Positions 25,901 through 37,970 of a stretch of DNA of 64,000 nt are shown piece by piece; the first letter of the stretch is position 1, and each line of letters opens with the position of its first letter. Below the pieces are notes generated by a model. The model did no database searches and was not told where the DNA came from. It worked only from the letters and a program-made list of their open reading frames with translations. Where the stretch lies: the NCBI RefSeq assembly GCF_022045235.1, contig NW_027266319.1:37634001-37698000 (forward strand). Direction: 5' to 3'. The DNA comes from Haliotis cracherodii (taxonomy: Eukaryota). Made by a program: the position numbers and the translations under genes.

Positions 25901-28900
25901 CAAGAACGCTTTAAAATGGTACTTTTTGAGAAGGTGTATTTACACATGAGTACATAGGTCAGCTATCTTTCTAACATTCTGACATGGTGTCACGGGTAGT
26001 GGGAAACGAAACAATTAACTCATCGATCACGATTAATTACTTATATTCTTGACTCATTCAAAATAAAACAAACGCGTTTCATTTTTTTTAAACAATTGAC
26101 AAAATAACCCTCCATAGATAAAAAATTATATTTTATTTCATCGCAACATGTTGTATATCTTGTACTGCTTAGAGTCAACTGTGTCGTTTCTTGGAAATTG
26201 TATTGCATGTTTTTGTGACACACTGGTTAGTGTATGTTTTACTTAATGGTGCGTATTCTGAAATAGATATTATCATGTTTGTTTAGCCGTTGTAAACAAG
26301 TACTTGTTCAGTGTTCAGTCGAGTGAAAAATCCATCCGATGAATTTCTGATATTGAACTTATATAGTTCTAATAAGTTGTCGGCAGCCATTGTTATATGC
26401 ATCAATGTATGGGGACTTCCCGGAATGCCGGGAAATAATGTAACATTGATATATGTTTCGTGAGTACTAGTATGGAAACTCGAATTTTTTTACTTCTGAA
26501 ACTGTCAGTAATAAATGAAAAAGAATGTGTCTGTCCTTGTTATTTTCTATTTGAAATATGTATCCTTGACACGATCCTCATGCTTGTAACAACAATGGCA
26601 TGGTACATCTACAATTACGTGCGGGTATAGCGGGAGTAAAACGATATATAAGCTATCGATTGTTCGATGTAATCACAAGTAACGGGCTTGTTTCAAAAAT
26701 CTTGTTAATTTTGGGCTGTCATTTCATTTTGACCAGTCAGAAAGAAGCATTCTTCTGTGTCATGGTAGCTCTGTCGTACTTTACTTCATTACTTCGGATA
26801 ATACTCCCGAATTCAAATTCAAGAAGTAGCGTGTATTAGGTAGTCATATATATCATCATAATAATATTAAATATTGCAACATCAACATTTTGTAAATCAA
26901 GGGCATGGGAATGCTTAGGCACATAAGTAATGCGTTGGAAGGGTGGGCCAGGATATATTCTAACGCAAGAAGTGTACTCTAACAATCTGACACATGTATC
27001 TTAAATATCGAATCATACACACTGTCCATTTATAACATTGTATAGCGATTTTAACATGTTCACCTTGTCACACTTCTTGCCATAGAGTCTTTCGGCGATT
27101 GTTTTGTCACTCTCATTCTTTATGTATTGATCTAAATTGGGACTTCTTGCGCAGAATGTTTTTCTCCCTGATTTTGCAAAGATGTTACTCCCTTTTCACC
27201 CAATGATAATTCAAATCAAAGTATCTGCATTTAACATGTGGAAACTTAGACATAAAATTGGTCATTTTTCACATATACACTGAAAACTCATTCCTCACGT
27301 GTCTGACAATCTATGCCAGTTTTCCCGGGAGCACAGCCACCAAGACACTGTCCTGTGATCTTGTCACAGACTTTTGTTTTCTTAAGACACTGACACTGCT
27401 TATCACAATCGGTACCAAACCAGCCGTCACTGCAAACTAAATCGATGAAAGGTTACAGAAACCAATTTCAAAATCGATATAAACGCTTCACAAAGTGAAA
27501 CGAATATATGTTACAGGAAACAAGTATAATCAGTGATTAAGTCTAATGACTGAAAATTTCAGTGATTATGTCTAATAACTGATTCACTCGGTGGTTATGT
27601 CTAAATACTGAAATCTTCAGTAATTAGACATAATCACTGAAATGAACCAAGGGATTTTATACTTGTTTACTGAAAGCATATTCCTGCCTTGTTTTTATAA
27701 TGTGTGCTAGTTTTGAAATTAGATTAGCTATCAAAGTAAATACAACCTCCTGTTACCAGATACCTTACACAAAAATCACAGAAATAAGCTTAAACAGTTC
27801 AATCTTTTATTTCATAAAATGGTATGACGTGAATGGTATGACAAATAGCTGTCTGATGGACACTCAGGAATGTTTGTTTGCACATGACAGACTTGAATGA
27901 CATCTAGATTTACATTGCATCTTGGCCTTAAAACATTTGCAGCGATTGGTCTGACACCGTTTAGTTTCAACACAATTACACCTTACAAAGCCTTGACCAC
28001 CACAGACTGAGTCAAGTTGAACCGCTTGACGCAAAGAGAGTGTTCAATCGGTATTGAAATCGTCAGCATTATACAGTTTGGTTTGGTTCAGTAATTAGAC
28101 ATAACCACCGAGTGAATCAGTTATTAGACTTAATCACTGATTATACTTGTTTCCTGTAACATATGTTTTGATTTCTATGGACAACTAGCGAAGCCTTCTC
28201 AAATGTTGTTACAACACATGATTCTGTTTGTTTACAGGAGATTGGCTTACGACAGGATTATGAAGCCTTCTCACAAGTTATTATAAAAAGGCAGGGATAT
28301 GCTTTCAGTAAACAAGTATAAAATCCCTTGGTTCATTTCAGTGATTATGTCTAATTACTGAAGATTTCAGTTATTAGACATAATCACTGAAGTCAAATTA
28401 AAAACTTCACATTTTAAAAAGTAATCCCATATATGATATACAACGGCGAATGTATCAGAGAAGGTAATTTTTAAACATTAATGTCCAAAGAAGGATTTTA
28501 ATTAACGGTGGTAACCATAATTTGTTCCCAGCACCTACGGTATTCGGTAAAACGTCAACAGTTTAAATCATAAGTCCCAAGCACCAGAATCTCATGGAAC
28601 ACAAGTTCAGTAGCGTGTATGGCCACCATGTGCATTGACAACTGCCAAACAACGCCTCCGCATGGACCTTGTGATGCTTGTGAACACATGATTGGGAAAA
28701 CGACGCCATTGTTGCTGCAAAATGGTGTCAAGATCTTGCAAATTCTGTGGTTGGTTCTGGAGAGTGTGCAGACTTCTGCCAAGAGCATCCCAGACGTGTT
28801 CGATGGGATTGAGGTCGGGAGACCTTGACGGCCAGTCCATGACGTTGACTCCCGCATCCTGAAGGAAATTCCTTGTCAAAATTGCCGTGTGGGGTCTGGC

Positions 28901-31900
28901 ATTGTCGTGTTGGAAGATCAAACCGGGTCCATGTGCTGCCATAAAAGTTCTGGTGCAAGTACCTGGTTGCGGTAAGCAGCAGCGTTGAGGTTGCCACGGG
29001 TGACAAGAAGCCTGGAACGTGCATTGCCACAGAAAGCACCCCACACCATGACACTTCCGCCTCGAAATCTGTCAACTTCCTGTACACAACACTGGGCGTA
29101 ACGTTCATGAAGGCGCCTCCACATCCTCGCCCTACCATCAGCAAATCGAAGATTAAATCGGGATTCATCACTGAAGACGACTTGATTCCAATTCCTCTGA
29201 ATCCATCGTAAGTGTCGCTGTGCCCACAATTGACCTTGACGTCTGTGTAATTGAGTCAGAATCGGCCCGCAGTATGGCCGTCGTGCTTGAAGTTGAGCAG
29301 TTCTCAGACGGTTTCGAACAGTTTGCGCACTCAGTCTACCCCTAAACAGTTCATTTCTGGTTGATGTAGCCGTCAAAAATCGGTTACGGAGGTGACGTAA
29401 GACAATCTGACGATCCTCTGCATGTGACGTCACACGTGGTCGACCTGGCCGAGGGCGATCAGCCGTGGTACCCGTTTGCTGTAGACGTGTCTGTAAATCA
29501 TAAGCAGTCCGTCGACTACAACCCATCGTCCTTGCGACTTCAGCTACGGACGTTCCCGTCTGCAACATGCCGATGGCACGTTCACGTTGCACACGTGAAA
29601 GGCGTGGCATGACAAATGGCCGTAAAGACTTTGTTTTCTTGTGTTTTTCATTTTTTGTTAATGACTGCTAACAAGTAAACACGTGCGGTATTATGGCCAC
29701 GTGACCAGTTGCACGTGAAAAAACACTTTTGACACTGTAGTGCTGTGCACATGATTTTGATCGATTCACCTGCACAAAAACGTGTGTTATCTGAAGACAA
29801 TATGTGGCCATTACTGTTTAAATACACAATAAGGGCCCACAATGATAACTGGTCAAAATGTTAAGATTTTAGGATTGTGAAGTTTTTAATTTGGTATATA
29901 TATTCTCACACCTGGTACAAACACCTGTGAGATGTCACTGACTAAAACTGCTGGATATCTATCATCATCAAATACAGACATGCTTTTGCTGTTTAAGAAT
30001 AACGATCAACGTAAAAAAAAACACGCAAATCTCTACGCGTATATAATATCCTAAACTAACGTCGAAACCGATGGTATACCTCAAGTTACGCAATTATATG
30101 AATACTAGTAATCATCAGTTCAAATATGGAGTACTTACCGAATATTTGCACCTCACACAAAGTAAGGTATATATCGGAGGCATCTGGCACCCGTATAGTG
30201 ACGTTGTTTCCTGCCAGCGGCTGACGGCAGGTGACGTTAGCTAGAGGAGGAGGACGTTCAGTTGATGACCAGTTGTAGCACATCTGGCTACCCACAAGCA
30301 CCTCCATTCCGTTATTTCTGCTGCTATCTGTACAGAATGAATGTGAAATGTTTAAAGTTTTAACTGTAGAGTTATGTGTGTTTATGGTGATTGAATTGGC
30401 GACCGATGTTGTTAGCTACATTCGCATATCCAGTTAATCACAGCGCGGAACAAGGGGCAAGTATTATATCGGTGTTGTTGTTTCTTCACAACACTGTTAG
30501 TTGGTTGACTTCAAATCAAATTAAGAATGAATTATCATTTTCCTATAATGGTTGGGGGACATATAAGCTTATAACTTTGTTCACCTTCGCCAGTTCACTT
30601 AGGTTACTTAATCATGACGTCATGGTTTGATTATTCCTATAATAAGTGTCTGAAACAAACACACGCACTATAATTCATCCTTGATAACAAACCGATTTCC
30701 CTTTTTCAAAACTAAAACCGATTCATACTTTAAATGAAGAATGTATCTTTCATGAATGAATGCTCCGTTCTTTGATCAGTTGGAGAAATATGTGTCTTAC
30801 AAACATTTGTACCGCATTTAGAATTGTAAATGCATATTACTTTAAATGTTATGGCATACTGGACACTTGCCTTGTACACAAACTGTATATGTGCACATTG
30901 TACTCACAATCCCTGCGTAGATAGAGTCGGATGTGTTGTATCCGGTCTGTGCTGGAGGTGTTCAGGTAAACAGTCCAAGTATGGTGTTGATCTCCAGCGG
31001 CTGTATGTGTACATGTCAGTGGTTTAGCATAGAAGGATGTGGTAGCTCTGCCATCTACTCCATAGTGTGCTTGGAATGCATGGCTTAGATTACTTGTCTT
31101 CTCCGTATTTTCAGTGTATGTGGAACTCTGTGTGGAAGACCTTCTCAAGGCAACATTTTCTGTAAAATCAACAATCAGGGAAGTATCATTGATGGGATAA
31201 ATGCGGTCAAACAAAGCTTGAGGTTAAAGAAATATATAAAATATTTCACTTCGAAATTAATTATTAATCCGAATGTATATTGCTTTCCTGTTTACAGACA
31301 CATTTCTACAAATATACGAATATATATGGCCTGCTGTAGAAGGTTATTTACATCGTTTTTCATGGAAGTAGCATTTCGATGTTTTATACAAAACTGTGGT
31401 ATCCTACATCGACCAGAGGTCGGGTTTCCTTTACAAAACATAGTATGTGTGAAGGTTTGTAAAACTGAAAACCTACTGATTGAAAATAACACACTCACGT
31501 TTCTGACAGTACGGACCAAACCACCCTTCCTGGCATCTGTCGGGACTGCCGACCTGGCTACAGGGAGTGGAGGGAAACACGGTGCAGGCAGTAGTGGTGT
31601 TACAGTGACAACTAGCATCTGTTCGATTGTGGACAGAAGAGAATACCTTCACTTTGCCTTTCATGACGGGTACGAGGAGAATGGTTTCATTTTATATGTT
31701 GTAACCATTAGAGAGTTCCTTATGAACATATTATGGACCTTTTTTTATGACGAATCATGTCAACTCCAAAGGTGTTTATATCAAATCAGTATAAAACATG
31801 TTCATTCTTTATACTGTAATACTGAACGGTCACACAACAGGGAGTGGAATACCTGTTTTTTTAAGCTGTTTGCTATGAACTTTGAACGAGCTAAACAGTT

Positions 31901-32006
31901 GGATATATTATCCTGTAAAATCCATGTTAAAGTTACATATGCACTTTTATATACCTATAACAACCACAGAAAGCAGTGTACACAACATGGCCAAGTAGCA
32001 TCCCAT
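19745..32006 (-). CDS. Gene B (complete): signal peptide, Cys-rich module, F-type lectin domain, EGF repeats, TM, ITAM-like tail; about 617 aa if the two AT-donor exons are skipped
   Basis: Exons (minus): 31955-32006, 31499-31618, 30908-31159, 30139-30327, 27299-27436, 25391-25528, [25127-25264], 23980-24117, 23778-23915, 23514-23651, 22736-22873, [22472-22609], 21388-21525, 20545-20659, 19745-19904. They join in frame without stops; bracketed exons lack a GT donor. Confidence 0.85.
20545..20659 (-). CDS. Gene B transmembrane exon
   Basis: FAATPGCLIREAPVVATLGTLLVLAAIALLTSIFYIRR, with a basic stop-transfer end; CAG/GTAG splice sites. Confidence 0.88.
22472..22609 (-). pseudogene. EGF pseudoexon (donor ATGAGT)
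   Basis: GT donor changed to AT; extra Cys from GSYG->GSCG. Confidence 0.7.
25127..25264 (-). pseudogene. EGF pseudoexon (donor ATGAGT)
   Basis: Same two lesions as 22472-22609. Confidence 0.7.
27506..28392. repeat. Nested inverted repeats (foldback-like) abutting the Tc1 end
   Basis: 27506-27610 is inverted at 28090-28164 and 27590-27690 is inverted at 28288-28392; both are built from the motif CAGTGATTATGTCTAATTACTG. Confidence 0.85.
28385..29896 (-). mobile_element. Tc1-family DD34E transposon, near full length, in the gene B intron after the lectin domain
   Basis: Transposase 29610->28607 with one frameshift: GRPR, FSDESRF, QHDNARPH, SPDLNPIEHVW (34 residues between D and E). TIR core CAAATTAAAAACTTCACA at 28394-28411 and 29876-29893. 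Confidence 0.95.
30139..31159 (-). CDS. Gene B F-type lectin (fucolectin/FTP-like) domain, exons 30908-31159 and 30139-30327
   Basis: Hallmarks NVALRRSSTQSS, GVDG (Ca-site hhDG), CTHT, WTV, RRDYSSR, C-terminal LTLCEVQIF. Confidence 0.88.
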
Positions 32007-32024
32007 CGTGGTTCAAGTGGGTAC
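31499..32024 (-). CDS. Gene B signal peptide exon (31955-32024, ATG at 32006) and N-terminal Cys-rich exon (31499-31618)
   Basis: MGCYLAMLCTLLSVVVI|DASCHCNTTTACTVFPSTPCSQVGSPDRCQEGWFGPYCQK. Acceptor TTTTAG upstream of the ATG implies a non-coding first exon. Confidence 0.8.
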
Positions 32025-33149
32025 CTAAAAGACAGAACATAATAAAATGGCGCCGCATTGTTGCTAAACTAGTCATATTTTGTAAATCAGTAACAGAATG
32101 CATAAGTGACAGATGCAGAAATATTTGTTTTAATTACATTCATTTGATTGTACATACTGTCATGGAAATTTATCATCCAAAACTGGCTCCCACAGGTGAT
32201 ATCGCTTGGATTAGATCAAGCGTATCGCTACAATGCTTTGCAGACCATTGTGATGTCACTGGTTACCATGACGTCACAATCAAATGACATCACTCATGGC
32301 TCTGCTTACTGAAGCTGTTAGCAATACTTTTTACACTGAAGACACAGCTAATTACAGTCTACAAATTGAAAAAGTTGGAAAAATGATGTTGGATGATAAA
32401 TTCTCTATATGTTCAATTATTATACCAGAGGTAAAAGATATCGGTGCACACATTTCCTGTACTTGCGCAGTGTGTACATATCACTTTTCAGTTATTCTAG
32501 ATACTTAATTGGCTGATTGTGAATCCTGACCTTTAGAGGACTACTTTCGTTACATACGTTCATATTTCGATCACACGAAAATCGATTTTGTTAACGCTGG
32601 AAATGAAACCAAACAAATTAAAACAATCTAAAGTAATTGTAATTATTAATTTTATCACCAGAGGCTGCACCATTTCAGCAGAAAAAATATCTTTATATTT
32701 TAAATATGCATGTATGCAGCTGATTATCTATTTCGCTGAATGAACGTGTGCCAGTTGTAACGACGTCCGATGTGTGGCATGTAAAGCTGTACTGACGGTC
32801 GCCGTGAATGCCCACTGGAGAAGAGCTCTATGTCCAGTAAACGTTTCGTGTTCATGTGCAATATTTTTAATAAACTTTAAACACAGAGTATAAGTCTGGA
32901 TGTGACAAATGTATTTTTGTATTGCAGGCATCATGGCCCAAAGTACAAAGCATTTACAGTGATGCTGATATACATAATGCTGCGCCAAAAACAGTTTATT
33001 GACACATGTCATGTAAAGACACTTCCCAATAATCATATTGGTAATTATTGTCAGATTTAAGGACACAGTGTTTTAATAAGTCAAAATTTTGCTAATGACA
33101 TAAGCTGCACAAATTTATCACTACTATGGTAGGTACAATATAAAGTCAC

Positions 33150-34720
33150 TGTGGTGCTGTTTGACTTATAATGGGAAACTCATAAGAAAACCTACACACC
33201 TATTTAGGAAATCCCTCTGCACCTTTCTAAAGCCTCCCTAAAAGTGAATACCAAGATTTCTGTAATATCTTTGTATCAAATATTGTTTGAAGAGCATGGA
33301 AAGGTAAATTTTGATAACTGCTCAATAATCTATGAATAGGAATGCTTGCTTCTCTGGCTTGAATGGATAGGGTTTCACAAACTCTTGAACACATTAATCT
33401 GGATGTGAATATATGATCTAGATATCAATAATAGGTTACAGTTTTCATGAATATAACTCCTCAATAAAACAACTTTTCTAACCCGCGTAAGTAGCCACTG
33501 TTTAAAAAAACAATCATGTTAGATTTATTCATATTCACCTCAATTCCCCATTTCTGACAGAAGACATTCATAAAATCAAATTTCCTTTGTAAACCAATTA
33601 CTGAATTATCCAACAGAGCCTCGTCCGCGGTAAATAAAGAATCAAAGTTTCCTCTTGGTCCTCAAGAACCAATATGCCTCTTTATCCACTTTGCTTAAAC
33701 TCCGAAACTTTATGGATAATTCGTTTATGAAAAAACAAACCTGGACTCAACATGTATCCTTGACGGACTCCTGATGATGTGTCAAATATCTCAGTTCTAC
33801 CATCCCAACTTTTTACACAAGCCCTAAATCTTAGAATACATATTATCAAGAAAATTAAATATCTTCCCACAAATACCTTTCTTATGCAAAACACATAAAA
33901 AAGAATTTTCTTCATACTAAATTAAAAGCCTTACGAAAATCAATAAATGGAACAAAGAAACGGGTAAAGGGACTGCAAGGCAAAATGTAATCTATTGTAG
34001 AATATTTATTCCAGACTCCAGCCTGCGATTCATGAATAAGCATATTTCCTTCCACCCAAGTTCTCATTCTACCCTCCAAAATAGATGTTAAAAACTTCCC
34101 CAAAGTATTTAACAGAGAGATACCACGGTAATTATTCGCGTCTTGTCTATTTCAATGTTTATACAATGGTAGAATTATTCATATATTCCAGTTGTCAGGG
34201 AAAACTCCAGTGTCAAGGACAGCATTGAATAACATTTCAATATATAGTGATATCATAGTAGATTTGTTAATACTTTCTGGAGGGATACCATCTTAACCTG
34301 TGGATTTCGTACCTCTCAAGGCATTGGAAGCTTTCAGAATTTCAGGTGGGTAATAGGGTCTGATAATAAGCTTGAATTAATACAATCAACACATTCATCA
34401 AGTCCTAGATCATGATTTCTGATAAGGTCAGAGACACTGACATCAAAAGAAGATTGCTGAAAAACCCTTTCAGGATTTAAGAGCGTTTTAAAATAACCAT
34501 ACCAAATATCAAGCGATATAGACAACTGGTTACCACCACAACGTAATACAGATTTAATTTTACGACCAACTATTTTACAATCCGTATCAGAAATAGACGC
34601 TTTAAGATCTTCAATAATATTCTCCTTATATTACTGCTGTTTAATAACACAAACTTTACGAAATCCCTTTTTACATGATTCCAAATAGCTCTTTAAGTTA
34701 CACTCTGAAATGTACATGTG
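33150..34720 (-). mobile_element. Decayed LINE reverse transcriptase fragment (CR1/L2-like group)
   Basis: RGISLLNTLGKFLTSIL..LIHESQAG, FIDFRKAF, GVRQGYMLSPGLF; many stops. Confidence 0.85.
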
Positions 34721-34877
34721 TGTGGAGTTGATCAGGTTTTCTTGGGAATCAACTATTAAATCCATCACAGCAACAGACCAGAAGATCCAATGACAGAATC
34801 AACCAAGCTTGTACAGTTTATTAGTATGTAAGACCCTTTTTACATCGCCTGGATTACGGCCTTTAATATGCACTCAC

Positions 34878-35000
34878 CAAGATACATAATTCTAGTAGAT
34901 ACATTGCGAACGTGTTTGGTCCACTGTCCTGTGCTGCACTTGCTTCACGTCTTTTTCATAGATGTCACCAAGTTGAAGTAGGTCACTACCAGACAATAAA
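34878..35000 (-). other. Candidate non-coding first exon of gene B
   Basis: Strong donor G|GTGAGTG at 34877. The signal-peptide exon has an acceptor, so an upstream exon is needed. The 5' limit is a guess. Confidence 0.35.
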
Positions 35001-35029
35001 GACTTCCTTACACCCAATCCGTGTCACCA

Positions 35030-35312
35030 GGGGGGCACGAGTGGCCCAGTCGTCTAAGGCGCCGCGATTCGCTGTGCAGAGTTGCGTCCCTTTGGCACGC
35101 CAGGAACCTATGATTGTGGGTTCGAATCCCGGTTCGCCCTGATTACGTTTCTAGGTTTCTCAGCACCATACCCGTGCTCGTGGGTTTCACTGAAGTGGTA
35201 AACGTCTGAGACCTGCGTCACTTTCGGTTTTCCTCCCACATTAAGCTGACACACCGTGATATAACTGGAATAATGTTAAAAGCGGCGTTAAACCCAACTC
35301 ACTCACTCACTC
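35030..35312 (+). mobile_element. SINE family B
   Basis: Full-length copy with (CACT)n tail. Confidence 0.85.
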
Positions 35313-36759
35313 ATTTCCTGTTTTGCATGTTACACCTTGTTTTTTTACCATTATGCGATTACCTCTCTTACATACCGAATTTGATAAACAATTACTTTTC
35401 ACAGAAAATGAGCGCAGTGGCCTATTCAGGCCGGAACTACATGAAGGTCGAGTTGCATTCCGCTTGTGATAAATCGGCAAGTAGGAGCTGTCTGTTCTCA
35501 TTATTACAGTAAACCTTACAAACGTCAGGCATTTAAAGTTTTAAATGAAACTAAAATTGAACAACCAATAAAATGTCGGGAACGAGCAGGCCAAATAGGC
35601 ATGTTATTAGCGATTGAAAATAGAAATGCACGTACTTTCAATTCAAATACCCATAAGTCCCATAAACTTTCCCAGGTCACGATATGGCTAAAATATTGCC
35701 GAAGTGACGTTAAATATTAACTCACTCACTCACCGTGTCACCAAATTACATAACTTCTATTTCAGACACATTTACAGATTCAATAACTGCTATGCGAGAG
35801 CCACATACCTACACGTATACTGTTATTATCACGAAAGCCGTACAGCGGGGATTTCTCGGGTGGATCGTAAACAAAACAATTCCCATCATGAACTGAGTCG
35901 TGTTGGAAGCAACCGGCGAGACATGAAAAAATACACAATTTGTCCAATCCTCATGTATTCTCATAAACCTGTGTGAGAAGCAGCGACGAATGTATACGGC
36001 AGCTCTCCCCGGGACAACGACCTCATTCTCTGTAGCCGTCGTGCCAGAGAGGCAAAACATGTTAAGTCAGGAATCAGGCTGTCGAGCAGTGCTTTATCAT
36101 TATGCATGGTTTCATTCAATCATATCACATCAAAACCAAGAAGATACTGAATAAACGAATGCCCCGTATGTTACTTGTACGATAAACTACATCGCAGTGT
36201 CTTTGATACATCTTCGTTTTCAGCAAGCATAATCGCTGGCCATGCAGCGAGAAAGACAGTAAGGCTGGCGACGTATGACAGCTTTAGCGTGGTTTCTACT
36301 GGCCTAAATATGACGAATAAAGAGTCGTAGATATCCATTGGAACAACCGATAAAGTGCCCGTGGAATTGTCCGACAGTATATATGTGTACTGGCAAGTCA
36401 GCCTTTGCTGTGATGACATATTTAGCAGATACACACGGTGACCTCTAAATGTAATGTTAGAAGCCAAACTGTCCGTTGCATGTGCACATCTGTTTCGTCT
36501 ATTACGTACTTGTGCTCAGACAGGGTATTTGTTCATCGAGCGAAATTAATGCCGAATTACTATGAATTTAATCTGTTAAATAAGGAGTTATGAGGTTATA
36601 AGGCGGCACTGCATTGTTAAAACTCGAATACGACCATTCAATCAGACATCATAACAGTTTATCGGTTTGTAACATTTTGTGCAAATCGTTTTGCGATTGC
36701 TGAATCGCAGAATTCGCCTAGAACTGCTTCAGCCTTTGTCCCCCATGGGATTGATCCTA

Positions 36760-37120
36760 CATAAAATATTCTTCACGAATACTGTAAATCATGATATTTA
36801 TCACCACATTAATGCTAGTTCAGGCGGCTGGTTAAAATATGTCATGGAATTTATGCAATTAGTCCTGCCTTTGAACTGTTAAAGCTAATTATATAATTAG
36901 CAAACGAAAACACCAAGATTGTAGACTTCCCGCGGAATTCCATGAAGTAGTACTGGCTGATGAAATATTCTTCACGAATACTGTAAATCATGAAATTTGT
37001 CATCACATTAATGCTAGTGCAGACGGCTGGTCTAATATATGTCATGAAACTAATGCAATTAGACCTGCCTTTGAACTGTAAAAGCTTATTACCAAACGAA
37101 AACACCAAGATTGTAGACTT
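36760..37120. repeat. ~200-bp tandem duplication, also present inverted near 17110-17230
   Basis: 36763-36928 matches 36963-37120. Confidence 0.8.
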
Positions 37121-37970
37121 TGAATTCCACGATGTAGTATTGGATGATGGGAGCTCGATTGAAAACTTTCATTTCCTATCTTCAAAACCGTCACTTCAAC
37201 TGTTGATCTAACTTCTATTAAATTAAAACATGAAAGTTTATCCTCATCTTTCAGGTGATAAACATGACAATCTTCCCTCCACTGGAAGTGGTGACAAGTG
37301 TGTATTTTCTTTTGCTTGTGTATAGTTTCCCAAGAAGATATAGTGCTGTACTTGATGTACTCGACTGTTTCCTGAATTGGTTGCACAATAGTGAAAATGA
37401 TATGTCAGTCTGCTAAAAAAATAATATGCTCAGAGATTTCTACATTGATTGTACAGTGTAGAGGTCTGCTTCAGTTTAGGATTAGTAATATCATTTACAT
37501 TATGATATTACTTTCATTATTATACCTTTAGATTATTCCAAATAAAAGTTTGATTATTATTAAACACTTCAATGAACCCATCCATACTGACGTTCAGTTC
37601 TTACTATTTCTGTAGTTTACTATACTCTGTAGTTTACTGGTCTCGCCGAATAATATCGTAACAATGATTGCTTACTTTGAAGTTCTCTGATTTCGCAGAA
37701 GAACATTGCAACAATGTTATTTTGTCGGTATCTACCGGCTCTCGGTCACATGTTTCCCCACTCATACTCTGTTACGCAAAGGAAAATAGTTCTTTGAATA
37801 TATGCAACATAAACTGAAAATACGTCAACATGAACATAATTTTATTCTCTGAACACATTGACATACACTATTTGGGATTGAGCTTATCTTAAAAGTAGGT
37901 AACAGAAAAGTCAACAAAAATATAAACATGACTCGATGCACTGAGACGTATAGTCTGGAAGTTAATTTAA

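Noticed and set aside
31218-32042. 274-aa plus-strand ORF
   Set aside because: Antisense to gene B exons and introns, with no recognisable domain; most likely a chance ORF.
34752-34887. Alternative signal peptide MYL|AWLILSLDLLVCCCDG for gene B
   Set aside because: It needs a weak AAG acceptor, has no good donor and runs into a stop; exon 31955-32024 gives a clean in-phase signal peptide.
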